NCBI GenBank assembly: GCA_963703285.1 | Contig: OY969807.1 | Coordinates: 480,001 to 544,000, forward strand | From: an uncultured Nitrososphaerota archaeon | Lineage (GTDB): Archaea; Thermoproteota; Nitrososphaeria; Nitrososphaerales; Gagatemarchaeaceae | DNA: 64,000 nt | Reading direction: 5' to 3' | In this document: positions 41,615 through 52,113 of the stretch, one piece after another | How positions within the stretch are numbered: position 1 is the stretch's first letter | Layout: every line of letters begins with the position of its first letter | The notes under the pieces: generated by a model | Databases searched by the model: none | What the model saw: only the letters and a program-made list of their open reading frames with translations | Told to the model about the DNA's origin: nothing | Made by a program: the position numbers and the translations under genes

Positions 41615-43546
41615 TTGTCCGAAGAAATCAAGGACATGAAACTGTCGAGGAGGCAGTTCGTAGGAGCTGCGGCGGGAGGAGCCGCGGCCCTGGGCGCGGG
41701 AGCGATCCTCGCGCCGAATCTGGTCTCTGCCGCAGGCGCGACGCCCGTGGTGAAGTCGACGCCGGCCCAAGCCGTGGCGATCGACCGGCTCCAGGCCGCC
41801 TCAACGCCTAGCACGATCCCGTCGTCATGGGACTATCAGGCAGACGTTGTGGTGATCGGTGCTGGCGCCGCAGGGTTGACGGCAGCCATAGCGGCTTTCG
41901 AGGCCGGCGCGTCGGTCGTCATCGTGGAGATGAATTACGATATAGGAGGCCATGCCATAGTGTCCGGAGGGACGGTTGACATCGGAGGCGGAACCTCCGC
42001 TCAGATCGCCTACAACATCTCCGACTCGCCCGCGCAGGTCTTCGCTGACCTCACCTACCCGTGCACCGTAGGCACGTCAGCTACCAACGGCCCGAACACG
42101 GGTGTCAACTGGGGAACTCCGGCGGTCCAGCCTTCGTTCTGCTCGCCCTACCAAGATAGGGAGATGTCTTGGACGATCGCTCAGAACGGCGTGGCGGCGT
42201 TCAACTGGCTGCTCGCCAACGGAGTCCAGTTCTCGGACACGGCGGTGGCTAACACGCCGCCCGCGACTTCCCACTGGAACCCGGTGTCCGGCATCGCGAG
42301 GAGCAACGTCCCATACTGGAACGGAGCTACGAGCTTCACCGCGAGCGCGGCGGCTCCCGGAGGCGCGGGAGGGACCGCGCTCATGAGGCCGCTCGAGGCA
42401 AAGGCACGCGCGCTCGGCGTACAGTTCCTGCTGAACTTCAGGATGACCAGCATCATCCGGGAGCAGCCGTACGGAGGGAACGTGCTGGGCGTGATGGCGG
42501 AGGCGACGGGCGGGAGATTCCTGCCTGGGAGCACAACGGCACTTCAGCCATACCTCACCCAGGGCAACATCACCCTCGAGAACTCCGTGGTGAACCTGCG
42601 CGCTAACAGGGGCGTCGTGATCGCCACCGGTGGATGCACGAGCAATGTCAGCATGCGCAGGGAGTACGACCCTAGGCTGACCGCAGAGTACGACGTGGCC
42701 GGCGAGCCATACTCGTTCGCTACGGGAGACGGCGAGTACGCGGCTCGCAGGATAGGCGCCAAGCTCTGGGCGACTGGCAATATGGCTGCTGAAAGGGGGA
42801 TGAACTTCGCCAAGCCCGGGTACATCGGCTGCCACTACGGATATCCGAACCTGCACTGGACGGCTACCAGCCCGATATTCGCGCTCGCAGGAGCAGGAGG
42901 GCTCAGCGTGAGCAACTGGGACGGCATCATTCAGGTGAACATGGCGGGCGTGAGGTTCGTCAACGAGAGCTCGACCGAATCGCCTGAGGCGTTCGCTTGG
43001 CTCGACGCCGCTATGTCCATCAACGCGGCTTCCACGGCTCCCTACTGGAACGGTGGACCCGTATGGACCATCTTCGACTCTGCCGCGGTCTCACGGGAGG
43101 GCTGGACTCTGGATGCACCCAACACAGACCCGCTCTTCTTCTACGAGGCGAACGACCTGCCTACCCTCGCGCAACAGATCAACACCAACGCGTACCAGAC
43201 AACGACCATGAGCGGAGCCGCTCTGCAGGCGACCATCACCAGGTACAACACACTGGTAACGGCGGGAGCTGGCGACACCGACTTCGGGAAGTCGCCCTTC
43301 AAGAACCAGATTAGCACACCACCCTACTACGCAGCATTCTCGACCCCGGTCGTCCACGACACCCTCACCGGAATCAAGGTGAACACGAGCGCGCAGGTGA
43401 TAGACCTCGACGAGAACGTCATCCCCAACCTCTACGCGGCCGGAGAGTCGGTGGGCGGGATGTCGGCCCACGGGCTCTTCAAGTGCATCATCTACGGGCT
43501 CATAGCGGGAAGGAACGCCGCGGCAGAGGCGCCGTTCCTGGGCTAA
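41615..43546 (+). CDS. Tat-exported FAD-dependent oxidoreductase, copy 2
   Basis: Same motifs as copy 1; tandem paralog. Confidence 0.9.
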   Translation: MSEEIKDMKLSRRQFVGAAAGGAAALGAGAILAPNLVSAAGATPVVKSTPAQAVAIDRLQAASTPSTIPSSWDYQADVVVIGAGAAGLTAAIAAFEAGASVVIVEMNYDIGGHAIVSGGTVDIGGGTSAQIAYNISDSPAQVFADLTYPCTVGTSATNGPNTGVNWGTPAVQPSFCSPYQDREMSWTIAQNGVAAFNWLLANGVQFSDTAVANTPPATSHWNPVSGIARSNVPYWNGATSFTASAAAPGGAGGTALMRPLEAKARALGVQFLLNFRMTSIIREQPYGGNVLGVMAEATGGRFLPGSTTALQPYLTQGNITLENSVVNLRANRGVVIATGGCTSNVSMRREYDPRLTAEYDVAGEPYSFATGDGEYAARRIGAKLWATGNMAAERGMNFAKPGYIGCHYGYPNLHWTATSPIFALAGAGGLSVSNWDGIIQVNMAGVRFVNESSTESPEAFAWLDAAMSINAASTAPYWNGGPVWTIFDSAAVSREGWTLDAPNTDPLFFYEANDLPTLAQQINTNAYQTTTMSGAALQATITRYNTLVTAGAGDTDFGKSPFKNQISTPPYYAAFSTPVVHDTLTGIKVNTSAQVIDLDENVIPNLYAAGESVGGMSAHGLFKCIIYGLIAGRNAAAEAPFLG

Positions 43547-43558
43547 GGGTGAATGTAG

Positions 43559-45490
43559 ATGTCCGAACAAATCAGGGACAAGAAGCTCTCGAGGAGGCAG
43601 TTCGTAGGAGCTGCGGCGGGAGGAGCCGCGGCCCTGGGCGCAGGAGCAATCCTCGCGCCGAAGCTGACTTCTGTCGTAGGTGGCACGCCCGCAGCGGCTA
43701 AAGAAGGGGCGGTGGCGTATCCACTGCTGCCAGCGACGACGGGCAGTGTCATCCCGTCGTCCTGGGACTACACGGCCGATGTAGTGGTCGTGGGTGCAGG
43801 GGCGGCAGGCATGGCGGCGGCGATAGCGGCCTTTGAGGGAGGCGCTTCGGTCCTCGTCGTAGACATGAACTACGACATAGGGGGTCACGCGATCGTATCG
43901 GCCGGTGATGTGGACCTCGGAGGGGGCACGTCAGCGCAGATCGCGGCAGGCATCTCCGACTCGCCCGCGCAGGTCTTCGCCGACCTCACCTATCCCGTTA
44001 CGGTCGGGACCTCGTCGACTAATGGTCCGAACATAGGACCCAACTGGGGAGCTCCGGCGGTCCAGCCGTCGTTCTGCTCTCCCTACCAGGACAGGGCAAT
44101 GTGCTGGACGATAGCCCAGAACAGCGTTGCGACCTTCAACTGGCTGCTGGCCAACGGAGTCCAGTTCACGGACACGGCGCTGGCGAACACTCCACCGACC
44201 CCGACCCACTGGAATCCCGTATCTGGCATCGGGCGGACGAACGCTCCCTATTGGAACGGCGCAAGCAGCTTCCCAGCTAGCGCAGCAAGCCCCGGAGGCA
44301 ACGGGGGGACCGGCGTCATGAGGCCACTTGAGGCGAAGGCGCGCGCACTGGGCGTGCAGTTCCTCCTGAACTTCAGGATGACGAGCGTCATCAGGGAGCA
44401 GCCGTACTCGGGCAACGTGCTTGGGATCACGGCGATGGCGACGGGAGGCCGATTCCTTCCTGGCGCTACCAGCCCGCTGGGGTCCTTCCTATCGGAGGGC
44501 AACATCGGCCTCGAGCACTCGGTCGTGAACCTGCGGGCGAACAAGGCGGTCGTCGTCGCGACGGGAGGATCGAGCAGCAATGTCAACATGCGCAGGGAGT
44601 ACGACCCTAGGCTGACCGCAGTGTGCGATGTGGGAGGGGAGCCATATTCCTATCAGACCGGAGACGGCGAGTACGCGGCGCGCAGGATTGGCGCGAAGCT
44701 CTGGGCCACCGGCAATTTCGCGGCGGAAAGAGGTATGCAGCTGGCCAAGCCCGGATACATAGGCTGTCGGTACGGCTACGGCACTCTTCACTGGGCGACG
44801 GGGTCGCCGCTCTTCCCGCTCGCAGGAGCAGGAGGGCTCAGCGTGAGCAACTGGGATGGCCTCTGCCAGGTGAACATGGCGGGCGTGAGGTTCGTCAACG
44901 AGAGCTCGAGTCAGTCGCCCGAGGCGTTCGCGTGGCTCGACGCGGCGCTCTCGATCAACTCCGCCTCCTCTTCGCCAGACTGGGCTGCGGGCCCGGTATG
45001 GACCATCTTCGACTCCGCGGGCGTCACGAGGAACGGATGGACCCTCGGATACCCCAACACGGACCCGCTCTTCTTCTACGAGGCGAACGACCTTCCCACA
45101 CTCGCGCAGCAGATCAACACGAACGCGTACCAGACAACCACAATGAACGGAGCGACCCTCGCGGCGACCATCACCAAGTACAACACCCTGGTAACGGCAG
45201 GCGCCGGCGACACCGCTTTCGGCAAGAGTCCATTCAAGTCCCAGATCAACACACCGCCGTACTACGCAGCCTTCTCGGCGCCCGTGGTCCATGACTCCCT
45301 GAACGGCATCCACGCCGACCCTACCTCCGCGAAGGTGCTCGACCTCGACGACAACATCATACCCCACTTCTACGCGGCGGGCGAGACCGTAGGCGGGATG
45401 TCGGCCCACGGGCTCTTCAAGTGCTTCGTGTTCGGAGTGATAGCTGGCAGAAACGCCGCCATGGAAACACCGTTGGCCGGCGGCTCATAG
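43559..45490 (+). CDS. Tat-exported FAD-dependent oxidoreductase, copy 3
   Basis: Same motifs; 12 nt downstream of copy 2, probably co-transcribed. Confidence 0.9.
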   Translation: MSEQIRDKKLSRRQFVGAAAGGAAALGAGAILAPKLTSVVGGTPAAAKEGAVAYPLLPATTGSVIPSSWDYTADVVVVGAGAAGMAAAIAAFEGGASVLVVDMNYDIGGHAIVSAGDVDLGGGTSAQIAAGISDSPAQVFADLTYPVTVGTSSTNGPNIGPNWGAPAVQPSFCSPYQDRAMCWTIAQNSVATFNWLLANGVQFTDTALANTPPTPTHWNPVSGIGRTNAPYWNGASSFPASAASPGGNGGTGVMRPLEAKARALGVQFLLNFRMTSVIREQPYSGNVLGITAMATGGRFLPGATSPLGSFLSEGNIGLEHSVVNLRANKAVVVATGGSSSNVNMRREYDPRLTAVCDVGGEPYSYQTGDGEYAARRIGAKLWATGNFAAERGMQLAKPGYIGCRYGYGTLHWATGSPLFPLAGAGGLSVSNWDGLCQVNMAGVRFVNESSSQSPEAFAWLDAALSINSASSSPDWAAGPVWTIFDSAGVTRNGWTLGYPNTDPLFFYEANDLPTLAQQINTNAYQTTTMNGATLAATITKYNTLVTAGAGDTAFGKSPFKSQINTPPYYAAFSAPVVHDSLNGIHADPTSAKVLDLDDNIIPHFYAAGETVGGMSAHGLFKCFVFGVIAGRNAAMETPLAGGS

Positions 45491-45772
45491 ACCAAGTGAA
45501 GGGAGGACGGGAGACCGCCCTCCTCCCACCTTCATGTTCTCTGCGACGGACAGCCTCGGCTCAGGGTCACGCAGGCAAATGTGCCCCGTACCTCGGCCGG
45601 CACAGGGCCGGGTGGGTCAAGCAGGGTGTTCAGAGGCGCTTGTAGAGGACGTGCTGTGGCGTCCGACGTCGCGGTGTTCCTCTCGAGCAGTGTGGCAGGG
45701 CCAGCGATTCCGGTGCCGAGGGATAACGCGGTCATAAATTTTTTTATAGAAGATTTCGGCGGGCCGCCGGGC

Positions 45773-46444
45773 ATGGCGCAAGTCGGCGGTAACACCGTAA
45801 TCATCGACGTCATAACGGAGAACACCGGACCGGACGTGCTTGACATCAGGCGGATCATCTCCGTCCAAATGGGTGACTCATCAAAGCAGGACGTCTTCCA
45901 TGCCGAGGCCAATGACGGAGCCCACTCCCTGTTTGGGGTCGCGTTGCAGGTCAACGCCCTGGTCGCGCGCGGCAGCGTCTTCGCTGGGTATGACATCAAG
46001 CAGTTCGAGCTACCCCTTCTCAAGCGATTCCTCGGCCTGACGATACCCGGGTACAGGGTGGTTGACCTGAAGGATTTGAAAGGGGTCGTCGCGTTGCAGT
46101 CGAAGGCGACCGGCCCCATTCTGAGATTGGACGACGTGTGTCGAGAGTACAAGGTGTCCCTTGAGTACAAGCTCGCCATCGAGCAAAAGGCGGAGGCGAT
46201 CAAGAAGAATGCGGAGACGGTGGCGAAGGCGGATGCCGCGGCACAGCATCTCGCGGCCAGCAAGGGGTGGACTCCGGAGTTCGCCCGGCAGTACGCCCTC
46301 GACAGCATTTCTAGCGGGCAAGCGGTGCTCGAGTCGTACAACGAGTTCGTGGAGAAGAAGGGTTCACGGGACACTATCTTCTACAGGTACGCGGCCGGCC
46401 AGGTGACCTGCGAGCACAGCCTGCTGGTCGCGCTGAGCAAATAG
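45773..46444 (+). CDS. Hypothetical protein, degenerate DnaQ/DEDD exonuclease-like
   Basis: VIIDVITE and FAGYDIKQFELPLL resemble ExoI and ExoII motifs. Confidence 0.55.
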   Translation: MAQVGGNTVIIDVITENTGPDVLDIRRIISVQMGDSSKQDVFHAEANDGAHSLFGVALQVNALVARGSVFAGYDIKQFELPLLKRFLGLTIPGYRVVDLKDLKGVVALQSKATGPILRLDDVCREYKVSLEYKLAIEQKAEAIKKNAETVAKADAAAQHLAASKGWTPEFARQYALDSISSGQAVLESYNEFVEKKGSRDTIFYRYAAGQVTCEHSLLVALSK

Positions 46445-46664
46445 CCGGAGCCGCACGCCAACGGATTCGCGCTGACGGCGACCGCAGCGTACCGACGCGC
46501 ATCGCTCGAAGCGGACAGGGGCCGCGAAGGAATGGGTCGGCTTTGTCGTTCTTCCACGGGAAAAGATTCGCCAACGATTCCGACGCCAGCAGTCGTTCTG
46601 TCATGGACGGCCTGTATCAGGCCAGGGACGGGTATCTTCGAGCGCGCGGACCCCCGCGACGTTG

Positions 46665-46682
46665 GTTCTCATCCGTGAGAAT
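46665..46682. promoter_or_regulatory. Palindrome GTTCTCATCCGTGAGAAT, putative activator site
   Basis: 12 nt upstream of TTAAGTAT box at 46695. Confidence 0.7.
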
Positions 46683-46733
46683 TGTCCCTCGGGTTTAAGT
46701 ATCATGGAGAGGCGGAGCGCTCGAGCGAAATTG

Positions 46734-48245
46734 ATGTCAAGGGGCAAGTTGGGCTGTACTATATCTGCTCTGGCTGTTTTGCTGATTCTAGCATCGGCAT
46801 TCTCTATCGGGACGGCCTCGGCCGCCCCTACGACCGTGACGGCGTACAAGGCGACGGTCGCGGTAAACCTGAAGGGCAGTTATTCCGCGTCGCAGTGGAC
46901 GGACGCGCAGACCATCACCGACGGCACATCGGGAGTGACGTTCGGTGCAAAGCAGAACACGACCGGTTGGTTCTTCTTCGCAACATGGCAGACCAATGCC
47001 GCGGTCTGCTCTGACACCGCCTGCTACGGTGGCATAGAGCTGGACGGCCTCACGAACACGGGCGCGATGGGAAGCTCCAGCGAGCCCTCGCTCATGATAC
47101 TCGCAAGCCCGTTCTTCGTGAACACAGTCGGCCACGCGGTCGATGAGTTCATCTCGACGGACACCGTGACCCCGTCTTCGGTGGAGTCCCTAGGCGACTA
47201 CACAACCCAGGCCACCTGCACTCCGCTGGCGCTCACTGGAACCACCTACTCGGTGCAGTGCTACCGACCATTTGCGCTGAAGGGCGCCTCGCCTCAGGAC
47301 CCCACCGCCACGATGGGAGTGGGATCGACTATGGAGCTCGGATTCGCGGTCGGTGAGTTCAACGCCCCTGGAACCCACGACGCGACGTCGATGAGCCAGT
47401 ACCAGCTCGTCTTCAGCAGTGCAACCCTCGGGCAGACGGGCACGACCTCTTCCACGACGTCGAGCACCACCAGCAGCACGACGTCGACGACTAGCACCAC
47501 ATCGACGACTTCGAGCACGACCTCCACCACCTCAAGCACGACGTCGACCACATCCAGCACCCACTCCACGACCTCGAGCACAACCAGCAGCACCACGTCA
47601 ACCACCTCAAGCAGCTCGACGACCACCTCTTCGACGAGCTCGGTGACGAGCACGGCATTCGGCTACACGATGAAGGTCGCTACGAACGCAGGGACGTACA
47701 CGAACACGCAGCTGGGGACGATCACTGCGACGATCACGCCGACACCGCCCGCGGGTACCGTGGTCCTTTTCCAGGTCCTCAACCCGTACTCAACCGCCCT
47801 CTACTCCAAGTCGGTGACGGTGGCGACCAGCGGTGTACTCAGCGCCAACTTCACCACAGGGACGCCGTACTTCGAATGGGTCCCCGGGACGTACACGGTG
47901 ACGGTCTCATGGGCCCCTGAGGGCACGACGGTCCTCTTCGGACAGGCGCAGTTCTCCTTCAACGGACCTCCGACCCCAGCACAGTCCTCGACTAGCAGCA
48001 GCGGATCGGCGAGCGTCTCCACGGTCACCACTACCGTGACAGGACCGGCTTCGACGGTCACACAAACCGGCCCCACAACGACGGTCACCGGAACGGGGTC
48101 GACCGTAACGACCACATCCACGAGCACCGTGACGAGCAGTTCCGTACCGGTGTGGGCCTACGGCGGGATGATCCTGCTTCTGGCCATCGGCCTGGCGGCC
48201 GGCTATGTCGTAGCTGGCCCTCGGCTGAAGCCCGCGCGAAAGTGA
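46734..48245 (+). CDS. Membrane-anchored surface protein with DOMON-like domain, Ser/Thr linker and Ig-like domain
   Basis: Signal peptide; GAMG, VDEF, YRPF and FAVG...H pattern; C-terminal TM and basic tail. Confidence 0.75.
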   Translation: MSRGKLGCTISALAVLLILASAFSIGTASAAPTTVTAYKATVAVNLKGSYSASQWTDAQTITDGTSGVTFGAKQNTTGWFFFATWQTNAAVCSDTACYGGIELDGLTNTGAMGSSSEPSLMILASPFFVNTVGHAVDEFISTDTVTPSSVESLGDYTTQATCTPLALTGTTYSVQCYRPFALKGASPQDPTATMGVGSTMELGFAVGEFNAPGTHDATSMSQYQLVFSSATLGQTGTTSSTTSSTTSSTTSTTSTTSTTSSTTSTTSSTTSTTSSTHSTTSSTTSSTTSTTSSSSTTTSSTSSVTSTAFGYTMKVATNAGTYTNTQLGTITATITPTPPAGTVVLFQVLNPYSTALYSKSVTVATSGVLSANFTTGTPYFEWVPGTYTVTVSWAPEGTTVLFGQAQFSFNGPPTPAQSSTSSSGSASVSTVTTTVTGPASTVTQTGPTTTVTGTGSTVTTTSTSTVTSSSVPVWAYGGMILLLAIGLAAGYVVAGPRLKPARK

Positions 48246-48379
48246 CGCGCGCCTGGCCGCGCGTCTCCTGCCTTATTTCGCAAAGCCAGTCGGAAGACCG
48301 CAGGCGCTCGATGTCCAGCCACAAGGGGACGTCGGAACCGCAACTCTGAATAGGCCGGAGCCGGAAACTCGGCCCCGGA

Positions 48380-49360
48380 TTGGAATACGTCAGACTAGGA
48401 ACGAGCGGCCTGAAGGTCTCCCGACTCTGCATCGGCTGCATGAGCTTCGGGGGGAAGAAGTCGGGGACGTTCACTTGGACGCTGGACTACGCCAAATCGC
48501 AGGCGATAGTGGACCGCGCGATCGACCTCGGGATAAACTTCTTCGACACGGCGGACATGTACTCCGAGGGCAAGTCCGAGGAGATCCTCGGCAGGGCGAT
48601 ACAGGGCAGGCGGGACGGTCTTGTCATCGCGACGAAGGTCTACAACCCGATGGGGCCGGGCCCGAACGACAAAGGCCTCTCGAGGAAGCACATCAGGCAC
48701 GAAGTCAAGCGCTCCCTGGAGAGGCTCGGGACCGACTACATCGACCTCTACCAGATTCACCGCTGGGACTACGAGTCTCCCATCGAGGAGACGCTGAGGA
48801 CGCTTGACGGCCTCGTCGCGGACGGCACGGTGAACTACATCGGGGCGTCGAGCATGTGGTCGTGGCAGTTCGCCGAGGCTCTTGACCTCAGCGAGGCGCT
48901 CGGGCTGGAGAGGTTCATCAGCATGCAGAACCACTACAACCTCGCCTACAGGGAGGAGGAGAGGGAGATGATTCCGCTCTGCCGAAGCCGCGGGGTCGGC
49001 ATAATCCCATGGAGCCCGCTGGCCAGGGGCTTCCTTACCGGGAAGTACAGGCGGAACAGCCAGCCGAGGGGGAGGAGATACGAGGGGGACCCACTCCTGA
49101 AGGAGCGCTACTTCAAAGACCAGGACTTTGACACGCTCGACAGGCTGACCGAGGTCGCGAAGGAGAAGGGTGCCACGCCCGCCCAGGTGGCGCTGGCCTG
49201 GCTGCTGCACAAGCCCTACGTGACCTCGCCCATCGTCGGCACCAGCAGCGTGGAACAGCTGGACGAACTCGTCGCCGCCCTCGAGGTCAAGCTCTCATCG
49301 GGCGAGATCAAGACGCTCGAAGAGGCCTACAGGCCGAGGGCTGTCGAGGGTCACTTCTAG
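48380..49360 (+). CDS. Aldo/keto reductase
   Basis: GINFFDTADMYS, DYIDLYQIHRWD and IPWSPLARG. Confidence 0.95.
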   Translation: MEYVRLGTSGLKVSRLCIGCMSFGGKKSGTFTWTLDYAKSQAIVDRAIDLGINFFDTADMYSEGKSEEILGRAIQGRRDGLVIATKVYNPMGPGPNDKGLSRKHIRHEVKRSLERLGTDYIDLYQIHRWDYESPIEETLRTLDGLVADGTVNYIGASSMWSWQFAEALDLSEALGLERFISMQNHYNLAYREEEREMIPLCRSRGVGIIPWSPLARGFLTGKYRRNSQPRGRRYEGDPLLKERYFKDQDFDTLDRLTEVAKEKGATPAQVALAWLLHKPYVTSPIVGTSSVEQLDELVAALEVKLSSGEIKTLEEAYRPRAVEGHF

Positions 49361-50382
49361 GCCGGCCGAGCGATCCCGAGGGTGCGGTCGGTCGTAGCTA
49401 TCGACTCGGCGGCGGGAGTCTGGGTGGCGAGGGCCCTAATCGCGTCGACGTTCTCCGGGATCACGATGGCCTCCTGCTGCACGCCGAGGAAGAGAGACAC
49501 CTCGTCGCCGATGACAGAGACGGAGTCGCGCCAGACCACCGCCTCGTAGACGTCGTTGCGTGACCTCCCCTTCTCCCTGGCCCACTCTATCACCTGGGCC
49601 GTGGACTTGAAGCCCGACTTGCCGTCGACGAAGAGGATCCTCGGCTCGGCGGCCAACGCCTGCAGCGCCTCCTCCCTGGTGTGGGTTCCCTTGAGGGTGA
49701 CCATGAGGGCGTGGATGTGCATGTGCGTGGTCGGCACCTTCACCGCCATGGTTGTGATGTTCACGTCCTTGAGAACCGTCTGAACGTCCGGACCGTGGTG
49801 CGAAGGGAGCGTCACCGGGTCGAGGACCACGGCGTCGATCGGTCCCTTCGATATCTCGTTGGGGTCGGCGGCCCTTCGAACGAGGACGGCGCGCGCCCTC
49901 GATATTCCAAAGTTCCTATGCAGCGCGTGCAGCGTCCTGCAGAGCCCCGTGGTGTTGCAGCTGACGACGCGCGTCATCCGCCTCCCCCTGGCCTCGTCGA
50001 AGTTGCACTGCGCAACGAAGGACGAGCCCGTGAGTTCGTGCTCCTCGCCGCCCTGGAAGACCGCCTTCACCCCGGCCAGCTCGTAGACCGGCTTGTACTC
50101 CGCGCCGAGCTCGGGGGTGCCGTCCACTATCACGTCGACCTGCTTCAGGAGGTCTTCGAGGTTCCCCGAGTGCGGGACCTTCGCCTTCTCGAAGGCGGAG
50201 GCGCTGTCCCTGGTCGCCACATAGACCGGTATGCCCTTCTCGAGCGCCATCGTCGCGTAGTAGTCAGGCTTCGTCTTGGTGACGCCGACGAGCTCCATAT
50301 CCTCCTGCAGCCCCACCGCGTCGGCGACCCGCCTCCCTATCGTGCCGTAGCCGTTGATACCTACCCTGATCACTTGGCCCAC
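49357..50382 (-). CDS. gap: Glyceraldehyde-3-phosphate dehydrogenase, archaeal type II
   Basis: NGYGTIGRRVA, VVSCNTTG and PENVDAIRA. Confidence 0.95.
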   Translation of the reverse strand: MGQVIRVGINGYGTIGRRVADAVGLQEDMELVGVTKTKPDYYATMALEKGIPVYVATRDSASAFEKAKVPHSGNLEDLLKQVDVIVDGTPELGAEYKPVYELAGVKAVFQGGEEHELTGSSFVAQCNFDEARGRRMTRVVSCNTTGLCRTLHALHRNFGISRARAVLVRRAADPNEISKGPIDAVVLDPVTLPSHHGPDVQTVLKDVNITTMAVKVPTTHMHIHALMVTLKGTHTREEALQALAAEPRILFVDGKSGFKSTAQVIEWAREKGRSRNDVYEAVVWRDSVSVIGDEVSLFLGVQQEAIVIPENVDAIRALATQTPAAESIATTDRTLGIARPA

Positions 50383-51580
50383 TTCGCAGCCGCCCTCTCG
50401 AGCGCATCCATAAGAGGCAATCGCTTGCCCGCCAAGTACTGGACGAGCGCGCCCCCGGCCGTGCTCACGTGGTCGATCGACTCGTGGACGCCGTACCTGT
50501 AGAGGGCGGCCGAGAGGTGGCCTCCGCTGACGATCGTCGTCCCGAAGGAATCCCCCATCGCCTTCAGGAGCATCTCGGTCCCCAGGGCGAACTCCCCGTA
50601 TTCGAACGCACCGGGCGGCCCGCTCATGAAGACCGTCCCGGCTCCCTTTATGACGCGCGAGTATCTGTCGATCGTCTTCGTCCCCACGTCGAGGACCTCC
50701 ATCTTCTCCGTCACCTCGGAGACGTCCATCTCCCTCCGCTCGCCGTCCGACCTCACGGCGACGTCGATGGGCAGCTGAAAGGCCTGGGGGTGGTCGTCGA
50801 GCAGCTGCCGCGCCTTTAGGAGCATCTTCTGCTCGTTCTCCACCTTCAGGACGCCCCGGTACCTCCCCTTGGACTTGAGGAAGACCAGCGCGACGAGCCC
50901 CGAGAGCAGAACGTTGTCGGCGCGGTTGTTCGCGATGAGAGCGTCGATGGCCTCTATCCTGTCCGTGACCTTTGCGCCGCCGAGGACCGTCACGTAGGGA
51001 CCCTTCTCGACCGCGAAGATCCTCTCGAGCTTCATCAGCTCCTTCGCGACGACCCGCCCTGCGCAGGTCGGCACGAGCTCAGCGAAGCCTACGATGGAAG
51101 GGGGGATCGGTGCGCTGTGGGGAAGGCGTCGAGGATGCAGGCGTCTATGTGCGGCCTGAGCCTCGTAACCAGCACCGTCTTCTCCGCGTCGGCCGGCGAG
51201 AACTCCACGTTCTCCTCCGCCGTGAACCTCAGGTTGTCGAGGACCAGCACGTCGCCCGGGGTCGCGCCGTCTATGGCGGACTGCGCGGCCTCGCCGAAGA
51301 CGTCCTCGACGAAGCGTACCGGCTTCCCGAGCACCTTCTCCAGGGCCCTGGCGTGCTTGTCCATCGAGATGTAGTCGTATCTCCCGACCCTGCCCTGGTG
51401 CGAGGCGACGACGGCGACCGACTTCGGCAGGTCGCGTATGGTCATCGCCGCCTCTTCAATCCTGCTGAGCTCGAGCAGCTCTCCCGTCTCAGGATGGACG
51501 GGGGTATTGATGTCGACCCTGATGAAGACCCGCTTCCCATCAAGGTCGAGGTTGTCCATCGTCAGGGTCTTGGCAGGCAT
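50370..51580 (-). CDS. pgk: Phosphoglycerate kinase (frameshift in a C-run near 51100, probably artefactual)
   Basis: RVDINTP, SHQGR, DAFPTAHRS then LGGAK and HVSTAGGA in two frames. Confidence 0.93.
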
Positions 51581-52113
51581 TGCACGTGTGCGGCCTCAAG
51601 TGAACCGATTATAATCGTTTTGAGCAAGTGGCGCGGCTCACAGTCTTCGTCGCGACGAATACGCTCTCCGCTCCATCCCGCGGCACTGAATTCGCGCGCC
51701 GATAGGAGATACGTCTTACAAGTAAGATGGGGTCGTATTCAAGTGCGCGCAGCTGCGCGATGACGGCCGTGCGTTGCGGGGCAAGGCCCCCCGCGTCTGC
51801 CCAGCGACCTCTTTCGGGATTGTGGCGAACTAGGCCGGAGGGCGCGAGAGGACCGGAAGGGCGCCCCGGGCTGAGGTGCTCGCCATTTCAAGCCTCGACG
51901 GGCCCGGGCATGGTGAAGATGGGGTTGCGGGTTTGTGGGTCACGAGAGGAGGCGGGGCCTTAAGAGAGCGAAGGCGCCGCGCAACGGCACACAACTGGGG
52001 ACGGGACAGTCTGGGAGTCGGATTTTGCCAAGCGCGGCGAGAATTTTCATCGACTTTCAGACCGATGAGCGTGCATAGATGTTAAAACGCCACGACGCGG
52101 AGCCCTGCTCGCT

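Noticed and set aside
51600-52100. ~500-bp GC-rich intergenic region upstream of pgk as a possible ncRNA or small ORF
   Set aside because: No recognisable RNA motif or convincing protein was found.
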